Assembly (NCBI GenBank): GCA_000002445.1
Contig: CP000071.1
Location: 1,344,001 to 1,408,000 of the forward strand
Reading direction: 5' to 3'
DNA from: Trypanosoma brucei
Lineage: Eukaryota
Length of the DNA stretch: 64,000 bases
A program made the position numbers and the translations under genes. Under the pieces are notes generated by a model. The model had not been told where the DNA came from and made no database searches. It saw only the letters and a program-made list of their open reading frames with translations. The number at the start of each line of letters is the position of its first letter. Position 1 is the first letter of the stretch. This document shows, piece after piece, positions 11,519-22,681 of this stretch.

Positions 11519-12523
11519 CTAAGCGGTCATTAGGCGTTCAATTGGGACACGACATATGGGGCACGCGTTATTACGCTGGATACGCAACATACTGGCGCAT
11601 TCGTAGCACAAGCACATGTGACGACATGGCAGAAGCATGGTGTCACGCTCGTTAGTCAGACACACCACACAAAGTTTATCGTCATCATCCTCCGCGTTCT
11701 CGTCGTCGCTGTTGGCGCCAAGGTCAAAGACATCATCAAGTTCGTACACCTCCACACCCAATTGAAGTAGCTGACGCACAACTTTAACTTGTGCCCCCAC
11801 TTCGCCTGATGGCCTGCGGCCCTCACCACCTGAGCGGGCGGCATTTGCCACGAGGTCTGCAGCGTTGTCCGGTATGTCGAGGAACGTGTATTGTATAACA
11901 CGTTGCGTCGTGTCACGGGCATCGTCAGCAAGTGGCGCTCTACGCCTCTCTCGTCCACAAACCGGTGGTTCATAGGTGAGTTCAATAACTATAGGCGCAT
12001 ATGTGACCTGTTTAATCCCCTCCGGGGTTGTTATGCTGACAGCCTTGTCAACCTTCTGTAGCTGCACTCCCTCACCAATGTATACCTCTCCCAAAATCTC
12101 CTCTGGGGTGGACGTTTCATGGACGCAAAACGGATTCTGGCTCTTCTCCGCCTGTTTCAGATGTATTCCCTCGTTCTCCCGGTATTCAATGTCAACACCT
12201 GCAAATACACGCAGCGTGTAGCCGGGCCCCACAACATTGTTCGTGGCAGATACCATAAAAGAAAGAGCAAAGTCTGTCCGATTGTTTCCTGACCTCACGT
12301 GCCTCAGTCTGAAAGGTTCCTTAGGTAAGACGGACACAGCCATATTAAATACTTCTGCACGTTCTATTTCTCCCTCTTCCTCCGGTTTCTCTATATCTAC
12401 ATCAAAAATAAGCGGTCCGGCTTCCGGGGGGCCACCGATGTAACGAATAGACGGCCCCCCCATCACGAGATAGTAGCTCCGTGGCCTTCCTTCATTCGCG
12501 GCCGTTGAAGATTTTTGCCCCAT
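11519..12523 (-). CDS. N-myristoylated RING-finger E3 ubiquitin ligase, MGRN1/LOG2-like architecture (N-terminal MGxxxS, central domain, C-terminal C3HC4 RING).
   Basis: The track start is GTG, and the first ATG gives MGQKSST (consensus N-myristoylation motif). The C-terminal CVVCLTNERDTMLLPCRHMCLCYECASMLRIQRNNACPICR is a canonical C3HC4 RING. Confidence 0.6.
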   Translation of the reverse strand: MGQKSSTAANEGRPRSYYLVMGGPSIRYIGGPPEAGPLIFDVDIEKPEEEGEIERAEVFNMAVSVLPKEPFRLRHVRSGNNRTDFALSFMVSATNNVVGPGYTLRVFAGVDIEYRENEGIHLKQAEKSQNPFCVHETSTPEEILGEVYIGEGVQLQKVDKAVSITTPEGIKQVTYAPIVIELTYEPPVCGRERRRAPLADDARDTTQRVIQYTFLDIPDNAADLVANAARSGGEGRRPSGEVGAQVKVVRQLLQLGVEVYELDDVFDLGANSDDENAEDDDDKLCVVCLTNERDTMLLPCRHMCLCYECASMLRIQRNNACPICRVPIERLMTA

Positions 12524-13390
12524 TCGCACAACAGGATGGTGTTAGCAAATGGATCGGCAAAGTACCCTTATGTATATGCGTTAACACGTGGCTGTATCTT
12601 CCCTTTACCTAAGCGTTTAAAGAACAAGTAACTTCTCCTTCAAGGTCACCCTCCGCGGTGGTAATACTCTCTCCTGCCCGCCGCAAAGTACAGGGTTGTC
12701 CGCGTGGAAAACCTCGATGGCTTTGAGAATCTTCTGCTTGAGCGGGTCCCAGAGCACAGGTGCTGAAGGCAAAAAGCAGCGGCAGTGGAAAGGAGCTTGG
12801 GAGTAAAGAAAGGAAAAGGAATAACAAGTAAGAAATCAAGTCCTCACGCGGAAACACAGTGGTGACATGACCAATACAGATAATTGTTCGAGGCCGGCAA
12901 CTCCTCGACACGACCCACCCGAGAAGTTGTCATAAGGCCCCACTTCACGAAAAGCAGTAGAGGGAGTACTCAAGTAATGCGTTCGGTCACGCGAACAGCT
13001 TCTAAACGTCCCCCGTCTCCTTTTTCTGAAAAAAAAAGAGAAGAGTAAGTAGAGATTATACATCTAAAAGAGTAAAATGGATGTGCCTCTCCCTGTTCTC
13101 TCACACTGCCCCCGCAGCACATTCATTCATCAACGAGTATATGTACATAAAGCAACTCTAACCGCCACGTAAATAACAAACGATTGGCACATTCACCCAC
13201 AAAGTAAACACGAGCGTGAGAGGCCTAGAAGCTGTGTAGGCAAAAAAACAAAACAGTGTGTAAAGTCGAACGAATGCATCAAGTAGCAGCGGAAGAGACA
13301 CTCGGGGAGAAGGGAAAAAAGAGTGACTAGGGCAATACCAAAAATATAATGCGCGTATTAATACAAAAGTTCCTGCGGTTAAAAATGTAA

Positions 13391-14842
13391 CTATCGCCGG
13401 GCCACCTTGACCTTCATCTTCTTCTGCAGTGCCTGGCAGTACTCTTCAGGCACACCGAGTTCCTCTAACTCCTTCAACTTACGCTGGCGAATGGCCTCAA
13501 TGGCTGCTTCCCTCTCCCTTATTTGCATCATAATGCTGTTGCCCTCGGCCACGTACTCCTGCCGCTCACGGCGGCGTCTCTCCTCAACATCCATAATCTG
13601 TTTGAGCACTGCCAGAGAATTCTCTTCGTGTTGCTTGCGGGCCCACATTTTTCGCTCTCGCTCCTGCTCCAACGCAACCTTTTGTACGGCGTTGATGCGT
13701 TCCACCTCCTCTTCTTCCAGCCGCCGCTCTTCGGCCTTCATGCGCTTGCGCTCCTCGATCTGCTTCTCGCGCATTTGCGCGAGGTCCTGCAGAACCGCAG
13801 CCTCACGCTCCTTACGCTCCTTCTCCTTTCGGCGCATATCTCGCGCGTACTCTTCTTGTGCACGCTGTGCTCGTATGTCATCCAGCAATGCCTGCGTGTT
13901 CTGTGCCCGTTGCTGTTCTGCTCGCAGTCTGGCCACCTCACGCTCCTTTTCGTCTCGTATGCGCTGTTGCTCCTCCGCATAGAGGCGATCACGCTCCTGT
14001 TTCCGTTTAATAAACTCTGCTATACGCCTATCCTCCTCCTCATCGAGTTCCTGCTGTCTCTTCTTTAAGCTGATTTGTTGCGCGTTGGCCAATGCAACGG
14101 CTTCCATAATACGCCTCTCTTTCTCCTGCTGTTGAAGTTTTTCAGCTTGAGCCTCTTCTCGTAAAAGCTCAAGGTGGCGTGTCATGGCCTCCCGTTCGTG
14201 CTGAAGCAATTCCAGCTTCCGCACGCGTTCTACATCGTGTTGCTCCAACTGAGCCTTAATAACCGCGAGAGTTTTCTTGCGGGCAACAACCTGCTGCTCC
14301 TCCCGTTCGTTATAGAGTTTTGCCGCCTTCTCTGCTTCAGCTGTCATCATCTCTTCCATCTTTCGTTCATACTCCATTTCCTCTTCCTTACGCAGCTCCC
14401 TCTCCCTTATTTGTGCGTTACGCACGGCAATGCACCGGGCCTCGTCAACGATTTGATTCATCGCTTTCACTTCGTCATATTGCTCGTCAAGCAGCGTCTT
14501 CGCCCGCTCCAAGTTGAGGCGTCGCTGCTGCTCTTCCTCAATCTGTTCCAACGGCTTGTCATTCCCACCGCAAAGGCGCTGCTCCTCATCATACTGCTGC
14601 ATGCGCCGCTTGTGCTCTTCAGCCTCAACACTGCGGGTGCGCACTGCACTTCGCGTGAGTGTCGTCATAATATTCTTTCCACTGATCATTTCACGTATGA
14701 TGTCCAGTTCCGTGCGGGTGAGAATGGTGGAATCACGGGGGGCATTCCGGTCGTTAAGCTCCTTACGGAGGTCACCGTCCGTTTGTCCAGGGCGCCTGGG
14801 GGGAAAAACACCCGCCCCACTACGCGCCATCATACCAATCAT
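13391..14842 (-). CDS. Coiled-coil protein rich in E/R/K/Q, resembling trichohyalin-plectin-homology (TPH) ciliary proteins (CFAP45/CFAP53/MNS1-like); candidate flagellar protein.
   Basis: 483-aa ORF, ATG verified. Composition is an almost continuous ER/EK/EQ heptad-like coiled coil (REEAQAEKLQQQEKERR..., EQQRIRDEKEREVARLRAEQQRAQ...). Family assignment is by composition and length only. Confidence 0.45.
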   Translation of the reverse strand: MIGMMARSGAGVFPPRRPGQTDGDLRKELNDRNAPRDSTILTRTELDIIREMISGKNIMTTLTRSAVRTRSVEAEEHKRRMQQYDEEQRLCGGNDKPLEQIEEEQQRRLNLERAKTLLDEQYDEVKAMNQIVDEARCIAVRNAQIRERELRKEEEMEYERKMEEMMTAEAEKAAKLYNEREEQQVVARKKTLAVIKAQLEQHDVERVRKLELLQHEREAMTRHLELLREEAQAEKLQQQEKERRIMEAVALANAQQISLKKRQQELDEEEDRRIAEFIKRKQERDRLYAEEQQRIRDEKEREVARLRAEQQRAQNTQALLDDIRAQRAQEEYARDMRRKEKERKEREAAVLQDLAQMREKQIEERKRMKAEERRLEEEEVERINAVQKVALEQERERKMWARKQHEENSLAVLKQIMDVEERRRRERQEYVAEGNSIMMQIREREAAIEAIRQRKLKELEELGVPEEYCQALQKKMKVKVARR

Positions 14843-15361
14843 GGCGGTAAACGGCTACACGTTCAGTCCTACGTTCCCTTCTGTTCAACCGTTTGCAAGG
14901 GACTCGTCCTGTCCTCTTTCACTATGCGGTGTCAACTTTGATTTTCTTTTTTTTCTTTTTTTAACTTCTCTATTCTATCCTGATCTCCCTTCGCCCCGCG
15001 CAGTTGTCACTCTCTCGATCCAGCACTACCGTTAAAATTCAGGCAACCCCTCTAGTTTGTTAGACAGTAAAACCTTCCTTCCTACCTTCAATTCATCAAA
15101 AAGAACGTGGGGTCAACAGAAGGAAGGAAGCAGAACATGCGGCGATATGCAAGCGCAGGCAAAATCCCGCAAACAAAAAAAAACTAGCGGAATCGACAAT
15201 GAGAAACAGATAGCAAAAGAGGGTTGTACACGTGACTGAAGAACTAAACGTAAACATAGTGTGCGTGTGTGTTGCGGGGGGGGAGGGAAGAGAACTAACA
15301 ATATGAACCCTCCCAGCTTTGATAATGATGGCTCATGTACGTGCAGTTGCTCACATATGTG

Positions 15362-15967
15362 TCATGACCCCTTGTTCAAAGCTACAGGCTGCAGGTTCTT
15401 GGTTTGCTCCGCCCGCATCTCCTCCCCGATGGTTACAATTTCTTCCAATGTCGGTCGGTTCAGAAGTGACATCATCGCCGTGAGCAAGCTCTGCCGCCTT
15501 AGTTCGTCTGTCATCATTTCCATCAGAGTGGGATGTCCTTCGCCATCCGTTTCTTCGAAAGTGATATTTTGTGACGTTGGGAACGCGTAGGAAAATGTTC
15601 CACTTGCGGATCGCTGCGGGGAGGAACGGACCCCATTCTTTGGTTGCTCCACACCATCGCCCTCGGCGTTTTCCATCTTTAGCATGAGGGCGCTCACCGC
15701 CCTGTCAGTGTTGATAGTTGCTTCCAGCTCCCGTATGTACTCCACCAGTCGCCGTATGTAAGCTTCCTTTTGCCTACAGGAGGGACAGGATGGCCCCGGT
15801 ATAAGTCCAGCAAATTCAGCCACCTGCGCCGGGCATTCACGCAGCGATGCGACACGCACAACCGGAGCGAAATCCCGTGAGTCCACACCAACGTCGCGGA
15901 CCTTCACCTGCACGACTTCACCCAAATCACCCGTTTTTTCGATGACTTTGTACCTCACACGTTCCAT
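15362..15967 (-). CDS. Hypothetical protein (~201 aa).
   Basis: Track ORF begins with GTG at 16018; first ATG at 15967 (MERVRYKVIEKTGDLGEVVQVKV...). Non-repetitive sequence, same strand as neighbours. Confidence 0.45.
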   Translation of the reverse strand: MERVRYKVIEKTGDLGEVVQVKVRDVGVDSRDFAPVVRVASLRECPAQVAEFAGLIPGPSCPSCRQKEAYIRRLVEYIRELEATINTDRAVSALMLKMENAEGDGVEQPKNGVRSSPQRSASGTFSYAFPTSQNITFEETDGEGHPTLMEMMTDELRRQSLLTAMMSLLNRPTLEEIVTIGEEMRAEQTKNLQPVALNKGS

Positions 15968-16916
15968 CTGTCTTTCTTGTACTCTTCTCGTATTGCCCTT
16001 ATCTCCCGTTTTAAACACCTCACTGTGCTACGAAGGCTCCCGACCACTTTCCAAATTGATAAACAGGAGAGGTGGGAGGGGTAAAAATGTGAACTACCCT
16101 GTATCTTGAGCCATGCAAAAAAAAAAAAAAAGTTGGAAAAGCCTCAAGGAGCCATTCAGAATCGCGATGCCATCCACATGATGTAAATACGAGCGGAAAT
16201 AATCCTTCATAATTCGTTTGGTTGTATTTCCCTTCTCATTTCGTCCTCAATGGAAAGGAAAAAGAAACGTGATACAATGATGAGAGTTGTACGGTGACCG
16301 GGTAAGGTTAATGAAAGGGAGATAACATGTTACGCATCGTGGTGCACACGCATGAAGAGTTTTGACCTCAACTCCAACAACATATTCCATCCTTCTCTTC
16401 CTGTTACCTCCCCACACACACAAATTAAGGAACCGCGCATCCAGCAACCTAGAGGCAACCAAGCAACAGATATAAGTAGAATAACAACAACAACAACAAC
16501 GAAAAAGAAAAAAAGCGAACTGATGACGCACAGTGGAACCTAATGATATAACCTTGAAAGCATAATTAACACTTCCTAACCCATTCGCACTTCCCTACTC
16601 ATCTCCTTTTTTTCCTCTTGGAGGAGTTTGATGCGGTAATTTTCCATACGCGCTTGAGACACAACTTCAAATACACACACACACACATATGCACCAGCGC
16701 TTCGCTTTGTCTATCCTCTCCCACCCACTTCGGAAATAACGTCGCCTCTTATTCGCGATGTGAAAATAGTAAAAGGTGAATTATGAAAAAAGAATGAAAA
16801 AAATGCGGCAGGCGATGATGACAGAAGCAGCGAAACCCAACCTGCACTCAATCTTCCATAAAGATACCCATCACAAGGTCTAGACTAGAGAGAGTGCATA
16901 CTGGAGGGTAACAAAA

Positions 16917-17954
16917 CTAATCGTTGCCTTTGGAGAGGCCCCGTAAACTAACCATAGCTAGAATCTTGACACGACAAAAAGGACACGTGAGGCCCTTATC
17001 ACCTGTGGGACGGAGTTTGGTGCAGCACATCTCACAACAACAAGTATGGTAACACGGCAGAAATGTCACTGTCGAATATGCGTCGAGGCATAAATGACAA
17101 AGAAGGTCGCTATTGCTCGTTACACTCGCCGCTGCAGAGCGAGCCCCGGCTTCCTCAGTCGCACCATCCTTCTTTTGAGCGACCGATGCTGGCAATTGCG
17201 GCAAATCGGAAGACAACTCCGGCGAGCATTCCTCACTTGCGTTAACCTCCCTCCCCTCACCCGTATTATCGGATGTATTAGAAACAACTCTCTCCTCATC
17301 AATCTGAGCATCATTCCCCCCATCGGTATTAGCTGCATCGCCATGATCCCCATTGGAGCCAGTCTCAGCCAGAAGTGGAGTGTGTTCGTTGGTCACATTA
17401 GCCTCGGGGGTTTCCTCACCTCGGCACTGCCATACCAACAGAACTACGTACATTATCGTCGAACTTACGATGAGCAAACCACCTGTACCTAGAAGAGGTA
17501 AAATCACAATGAGCAAATTCCACTCTGACATATCCTGCATATCACAAGATTGTATCACCCGCCCATCTTTGCACGTTTCGTACGCCGGTTGGCATTCGTT
17601 TGAGCTTGTACAGAAGTAACACCAGTTCCTATCCTCACAGCTGTCACAATCGGCTGCTGCAGCTTGGCACCTTGCGCCACACGTCACACTGGAGTTCCTT
17701 AACGTGGCCGCTTCACTGCATGACAGCGCATTGTATTGCTCCGACGGGTCAAAGCACTGACTTCCTACAGGTCGTTCACAGCACCACGCGCACTCCGGCA
17801 TCTTTAAACACTCCGAAGCGATGTAGATTGGGTTTGTGTCACATCTACTTCCGTATGCCGCTAATGGTTGAATCAACAAAATCAGAACCCAGGAGGGCAG
17901 TAACCACACCGCTGACCGGTTCACATAAAACTTTGTTGAACCTCCTGTACACAT
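16917..17954 (-). CDS. Type-I membrane RING E3-like protein: signal peptide, Cys-rich PSI-like ectodomain, single TM helix, acidic Ser/Thr-rich cytoplasmic region, C-terminal RING finger.
   Basis: Track start is GTG; first ATG gives MCTGGSTKFYVNRSAVWLLPSWVLILLIQPLAAYG (signal-peptide-like). The Cys spacing CLKMPECAWCCERPVGSQCF...C resembles a plexin-semaphorin-integrin (PSI) domain. Hydrophobic span WNLLIVILPLLGTGGLLIVSSTIMYVVLLVW. C-terminal CHLCLDAYSTVTFLPCYHTCCCEMCCTKLRP...CPFCR is a RING. Confidence 0.6.
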   Translation of the reverse strand: MCTGGSTKFYVNRSAVWLLPSWVLILLIQPLAAYGSRCDTNPIYIASECLKMPECAWCCERPVGSQCFDPSEQYNALSCSEAATLRNSSVTCGARCQAAAADCDSCEDRNWCYFCTSSNECQPAYETCKDGRVIQSCDMQDMSEWNLLIVILPLLGTGGLLIVSSTIMYVVLLVWQCRGEETPEANVTNEHTPLLAETGSNGDHGDAANTDGGNDAQIDEERVVSNTSDNTGEGREVNASEECSPELSSDLPQLPASVAQKKDGATEEAGARSAAASVTSNSDLLCHLCLDAYSTVTFLPCYHTCCCEMCCTKLRPTGDKGLTCPFCRVKILAMVSLRGLSKGND

Positions 17955-18783
17955 CCACCTACCCCCGGTGCAACAAACTACTACTTTATCGTGGTTTGTA
18001 TCCACAAAACTCTACAGCTGGACAAAAAAATGGCACGAATAGAGGGAGACGACAAGGAGTACAGTGCAAAGAGTGGGGAACCAAAGGGAATATTCGAAAG
18101 AGACAAGCAACAAAAAGCGGATAAAATATAATATGATATGATATGACATGGCAGAGGAAGGAGAAAAAAAAAAAAGAAAAAGCAGGGAAAAGGGAAGAGA
18201 GGTATCGGACAATGAAAGGGTGGACACACTGTAAGCCCCTGCGAGCACAACCATTGCATTTAATCCTTTGTCATTCACAAGTGCTCTAAGGGGCTCAAAA
18301 CACACACCTCTACCCCACCTCAAACAGTAGAGACTCAAATGAGAAAACGACAAGGAATGTAGTCGGCGCCGCAACAAAAGGTGGAGACCAAACGTCTCCC
18401 GTCAACCGGTGAGCCCCAAAAAGAAAGTGGGAGGGATGACGCCGGACAAGCGGACGATGCAAAAGAAAAAGATGAAAGCTAAAAGACAAGAGGGAACCAC
18501 ACATATACATCACACGTGACTTCATGGACGGTCGTATCCCACATTAATAACTCATGTGGAAGGCGAACCATGCGGGAATGTATGCGTGACCTCTCAATCG
18601 TACACTTTCCTCCCCTCCCCCCGCCCCAAGTACACACACACACACACGGATATAGCACATACGTACACAATTGCGTCTTTCCTCCCTTTAAAAAGAAAAA
18701 AACAAAAATACCGCTGAACCATCCGTTCCGTAATTCACTACCGTAACATATTACCTCTCACTAGTACGAACGAAGATCACATT

Positions 18784-19440
18784 TTAACAGCAACCACCAC
18801 GCTTCGAGCCCTTTTGCCCTTCGTTTCCGGCTAACCTGACACCATTACCAGCTCCCCCTGCACCACCACTTGGGGACAGACCCTTTCCTGTACGTTCCTT
18901 CATATCCTCGAATATCTCCTGTGCTATTTTCTGAAACGCAGACTGTACATTCTCCTTCTCCTTTGCGCTCGTGTCAATGTACGACATTCCATGTTGTTTT
19001 GCCCATGCCATCGCTTCTTCCTTCGATACCTGCCGCGAAGTGCGGGCCTCGTCACTTTTGCATCCAACCAATAAGCACGGGATACCGGGAAGAGACTGCT
19101 GTCGCACGCGTTCCATCCAGTGCTCCAAGTGTAGAAATGAGGGTCGATGTGTAAGGTCAAAACAAAGCATTACGCCGTTGGCGCCGCGGTAAAAGGCAGT
19201 TGCCACTGACTGAAACCGCTCTTGCCCGGCTGTGTCCCATATTTGCAAGCGGACACGCTTATCCATGTACGTCATTTGGTGCATTCGAAAATCAATAGCG
19301 ATGGTGGATGCGTAATCCTTGTAAAAAACATCCTCAGAGAGCCGCACCGTAAGGGAAGACTTCCCAACGCCACTGTCGCCAATGACAATAATCTTGAATA
19401 TGTAGTCGCAGTCCCCACCAGGGGAAGCTGCTGTGATCAT
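18784..19440 (-). CDS. RABX1: Rab-family small GTPase (218 aa) with canonical G1 (GDSGVGKS), switch II (WDTAGQERF) and C-terminal CC prenylation motif. First of two tandem Rab paralogues, possibly T. brucei RABX1.
   Basis: ATG verified at 19440. G-box motifs were read directly and the C-terminus is ...KRGGCC. The symbol is inferred from remembered T. brucei chr8 synteny (PBP1 - six genes - RABX1 - RABX2), not from a search. Confidence 0.55.
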   Translation of the reverse strand: MITAASPGGDCDYIFKIIVIGDSGVGKSSLTVRLSEDVFYKDYASTIAIDFRMHQMTYMDKRVRLQIWDTAGQERFQSVATAFYRGANGVMLCFDLTHRPSFLHLEHWMERVRQQSLPGIPCLLVGCKSDEARTSRQVSKEEAMAWAKQHGMSYIDTSAKEKENVQSAFQKIAQEIFEDMKERTGKGLSPSGGAGGAGNGVRLAGNEGQKGSKRGGCC

Positions 19441-20584
19441 ATGCGAAGTGGACTCTTCAAACGGGCATATTGAACAAAAAAACGTGACGAGAAAAGTGAA
19501 GAAAACAAAGAGGAAGTTGGCCGTCTATATATTGCAAAGAAAAAAATCTACGCAAAGCGCAGTAGCCGCCGATTGAGGCCGGGTGCGGGGTAACGTGCCC
19601 ATCAGGAAGTTAACGTTATTTGGCCGCGCCTGCTCATCCGCCTCTTCTTCTTACCGTCACTTCCCCACACGCCTACAATCCCACGAATTAAAAAAACCTT
19701 TCAACACGTCAATATCACCAGCAGGAACACCACCACGATGAGGCACGCAACACCGAAGGAAAACAGATTTGGTCAACAATACACACAAATTGGGGGAAAT
19801 AGAAATAACAGGAAATAACTACACTCAACACACAAGCCATGGGGCCTAATTGATGGAAACGACGCTTACAACAGAATGAATTTAATGGCATGTAACAGGG
19901 GGAGGAACTTCGTCATATTAAGTGAAAGTGGGAAGCAGCACACACACACACGCGTAAATACACAAATAGATGTAACAATATACAAAGGTATACATATAGG
20001 TATATATGTGCAGATGTGTAGACTGTGGGGAGTGCAGGCGCAGATATTGTAAAGGGGGAGACCCAAGATAGAAAAGAAAGGGACGGCCGTATATGCGACG
20101 GAGCATCTGAGCCGGTGGAGCCGAGTGGCCAAAGATAGAACCACGGTGTTCAGTGGTGTACGAAACCTTCTTCCAAATGAAAAATAAAACAATAGAATTG
20201 ATAAGAGAGAGGTATAACAAAATGCGAGAAGAAGGCAAGAATAAAATGAGTCGAATAAAAAAGGGGGGAAGATACGATGGCCCTCGGCGTAACACTTCCC
20301 TTTCAGTACTGGAGAGAGCGAACGGAGTGCTACACACTGTCTATGCTGGCTTGGATACCGTACTAAATCACAAATGGCAAGCATCCATACACGTGTCAAG
20401 GCAAAAGAAAATACCTATCTGCTTCACTTCATAGATTCTTTTTCACTATTGCTGCCTTCCGTTCCCTGTCCTTTCACTAATTTCTCGTCTAGCCTTCATG
20501 TGTAGTTCCTCCAAAGCTCCTCCCTCAGTGAACGAGGGCTTACCCGTTCATTGAATGGCAAATGCTATTGCCACCATAAGAGGT

Positions 20585-21244
20585 TCAGCACCTCCACTTC
20601 CTCTTTTTAGTATGTGTACTTGTGTTTAATCGTACGATGTTCCCTATCGCCTTGTCCCCATGACCCTCGACAGTTGGAGTTGTGTTATTCACTATATAAG
20701 TCCCCAGGTGTTGGAAAGCTTCGGAGACATTTGTGTTATTTCTCGAGCTCGTCTCGAAGTAGCACAAGCAACCGTGTCGCTTTGCCCATGCGTCTGCCTC
20801 GCTTTTCTCCACTTGCCTGCAAATCCCTAAGCTTGTCCCTTCTTTATGAAGTTCACTGCACTCCACCAGGTCTAACTTGCAACCCACGAGGATGAGGGGC
20901 GGAAGTACCGGGCAGTGGGACCTCAGGCGCTCAAACCACGCGTCGATCCCTTCAAAGGAGCTCCGATTGGTGAGATCAAAGCAAATCAGTGCGCCATGAC
21001 AGTTGCGGTAGTAAGCCGTCGTGAGTGAAACAAAACGATCCTGCCCGGAGGTATCCCAAATCTGAAGCAATATGGTGCGCGCGTGCTTTTCTAAAGTTGT
21101 GGTATGGCAATACTTGAAGTCCACGCCAATCGTTGGAACAATGTCATCGTAATAAATGCTGTCACAGAACCGCGATGAGATGTTGCTCTTCCCTACACCC
21201 ACATCACCAATTACTATAATCTTGTAAGCGGGTTCCTCTTTCAT
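20585..21244 (-). CDS. RABX2: Divergent Rab-like small GTPase (219 aa): G1 GDVGVGKS, atypical switch II WDTSGQDRF, polybasic C-terminus ending ...KKRKWRC with a single Cys (no CC/CXC). Second tandem paralogue, possibly RABX2.
   Basis: Track ORF begins with GTG at 21259; first ATG at 21244 (MKEEPAYKIIVIGDVGVGKS). Motifs were read directly. The symbol comes from the same synteny memory as RABX1. Confidence 0.5.
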   Translation of the reverse strand: MKEEPAYKIIVIGDVGVGKSNISSRFCDSIYYDDIVPTIGVDFKYCHTTTLEKHARTILLQIWDTSGQDRFVSLTTAYYRNCHGALICFDLTNRSSFEGIDAWFERLRSHCPVLPPLILVGCKLDLVECSELHKEGTSLGICRQVEKSEADAWAKRHGCLCYFETSSRNNTNVSEAFQHLGTYIVNNTTPTVEGHGDKAIGNIVRLNTSTHTKKRKWRC

Positions 21245-21643
21245 GTAAGGAAACTTCACCTAACCCTATATTTCCCTTCCCCTTTCTTTTCCTCTTCACC
21301 TGGGATGTCGCTAGTTCTTTTAATTCAGCACTTCTGACGTTCCTTTACACGGTGGTTCTCGTACGATCCTATGCCCCTGCAGTGCCGCTGAGTACATTAG
21401 CAAATTCAACAACGGAGGAAATCATGGCATCAGAAAGTGGGGACCAAACGAAGGCAAAACGAAGGTCAGGAATGAAAAATGAAGAAAATAAATGGGAGAG
21501 GCAGTAACACCTTACGCAAGGGAATAGTGTATTTTAAGTAGGTAGGGTCGGCAATGGAAGGGAGGAGTAACTACCGCCCATTGAAGGGAGAGTTAAAAAC
21601 AAAATAAAAACAGTAACACCCAAAGACTTCACGACACATTGGA

Positions 21644-22072
21644 TTAGCGATACCATGTTGGGTGCTCCTCCTCCAGTTGTTCTCGTAGGCACTGAACACG
21701 CGGAGCCTTGAACGGCGGTTCCAGAACTACCACCCGAACCACGTAATAACCAGCAGCCGCAAGAAGGGAACCACATGTAAGTACCATTAGTACGACACGG
21801 ACAGGAAACAAATAATCCACAACAACCGCCTCATCAGGATTTGTAGGAAACGGCCGCTCCCTGTTGTAAGACGTCTGTGGCAGCGGCGCAGGTACGGGGT
21901 CGTGCGGCGACGATATAATGCAGCCATATGCAATAAAAGGCATGGCGGCACACGCGAGGCCGATAGGCAGCACCAGCCGGGGGCATACGTACGACCCAAA
22001 TAACGTCCCAACTATACCAAGAATGATGAAAAATAGGATGGCAAACGTACCATCACCGAGACCGAGAATCAT
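21644..22072 (-). CDS. Small hypothetical membrane protein (142 aa, about three predicted TM helices).
   Basis: ATG verified at 22072. Hydrophobic segments FAILFFIILGIVGTLFG, LVLPIGLACAAMPFIAYGCII and VRVVLMVLTCGSLLAAAGYYVV. Same strand as the PTU. Could alternatively be a composition artefact. Confidence 0.35.
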   Translation of the reverse strand: MILGLGDGTFAILFFIILGIVGTLFGSYVCPRLVLPIGLACAAMPFIAYGCIISSPHDPVPAPLPQTSYNRERPFPTNPDEAVVVDYLFPVRVVLMVLTCGSLLAAAGYYVVRVVVLEPPFKAPRVQCLREQLEEEHPTWYR

Positions 22073-22681
22073 ATTGCGTGTGAATGAGCACTGTCGCCGT
22101 AGGTTTCAAGGGAAGTATATGACAATGGAGACCCAGCTGTGTGAACACAAGCCATGTAAGTACACCTTTGATGGATTGACTAGTTCAAGGTGGTGGATGA
22201 AACTGAAGAGAAATAAAATTCAAGAATATATGCATATATGTAATAACGAGAGGAATGTGGCTTGACCACACGAATGTGAAACACGACCACTAAAAGTCAT
22301 GTGAGTCGGTGGGAAGTCATCAGAGAAAAGACGATTGGGGCAAGTGCACCCCACAGCATACAAAAAACTCACGATTAAGTGATGAATACATCTCACGACA
22401 ACGACACTTACAGAAGTTCATCTCGTGCTCTCTCCCCCTTTTATGCACTTCCTTCGTGTGTTTTCGCCTCTACGTGCAAGAATACACAGTACATATACGC
22501 ATATATATATAAATATATCATTTTTCTTCTATTTACTGGAAACAAAAAAAAGAGGCTTCTTCAAAATTGACATGCACCCACCACAAATGTTGAAATGTGG
22601 AAGTTAGACAAAAAGAAATGCCACAGATTCCCTGTGTCCAACGGCGCGCACGCCACCCCTCCCCCTCATTCTTCTAGTTGA

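Noticed and set aside
13407-14941. Long plus-strand ORFs antisense to coiled-coil or low-complexity genes (13407-13982, 13523-14068, 14174-14941; also 8653-9261, 8967-9623, 62808-63740, 3776-4129, 3801-4049).
   Set aside because: They mirror the codon-biased, repeat-rich sense strand (S/R/L/A/G-rich products). They have no start context, lie opposite a unidirectional transcription unit, and overlap genes with clear domain content.
19866-20399. 177-aa minus-strand ORF between the two Rab genes, and similar intergenic ORFs (31710-32210, 33789-34136, 38123-38419 and its repeats in every array unit).
   Set aside because: Composition is dominated by L/F/C/S/P from pyrimidine tracts. The array-spacer ORFs are conserved only because the whole spacer is duplicated.
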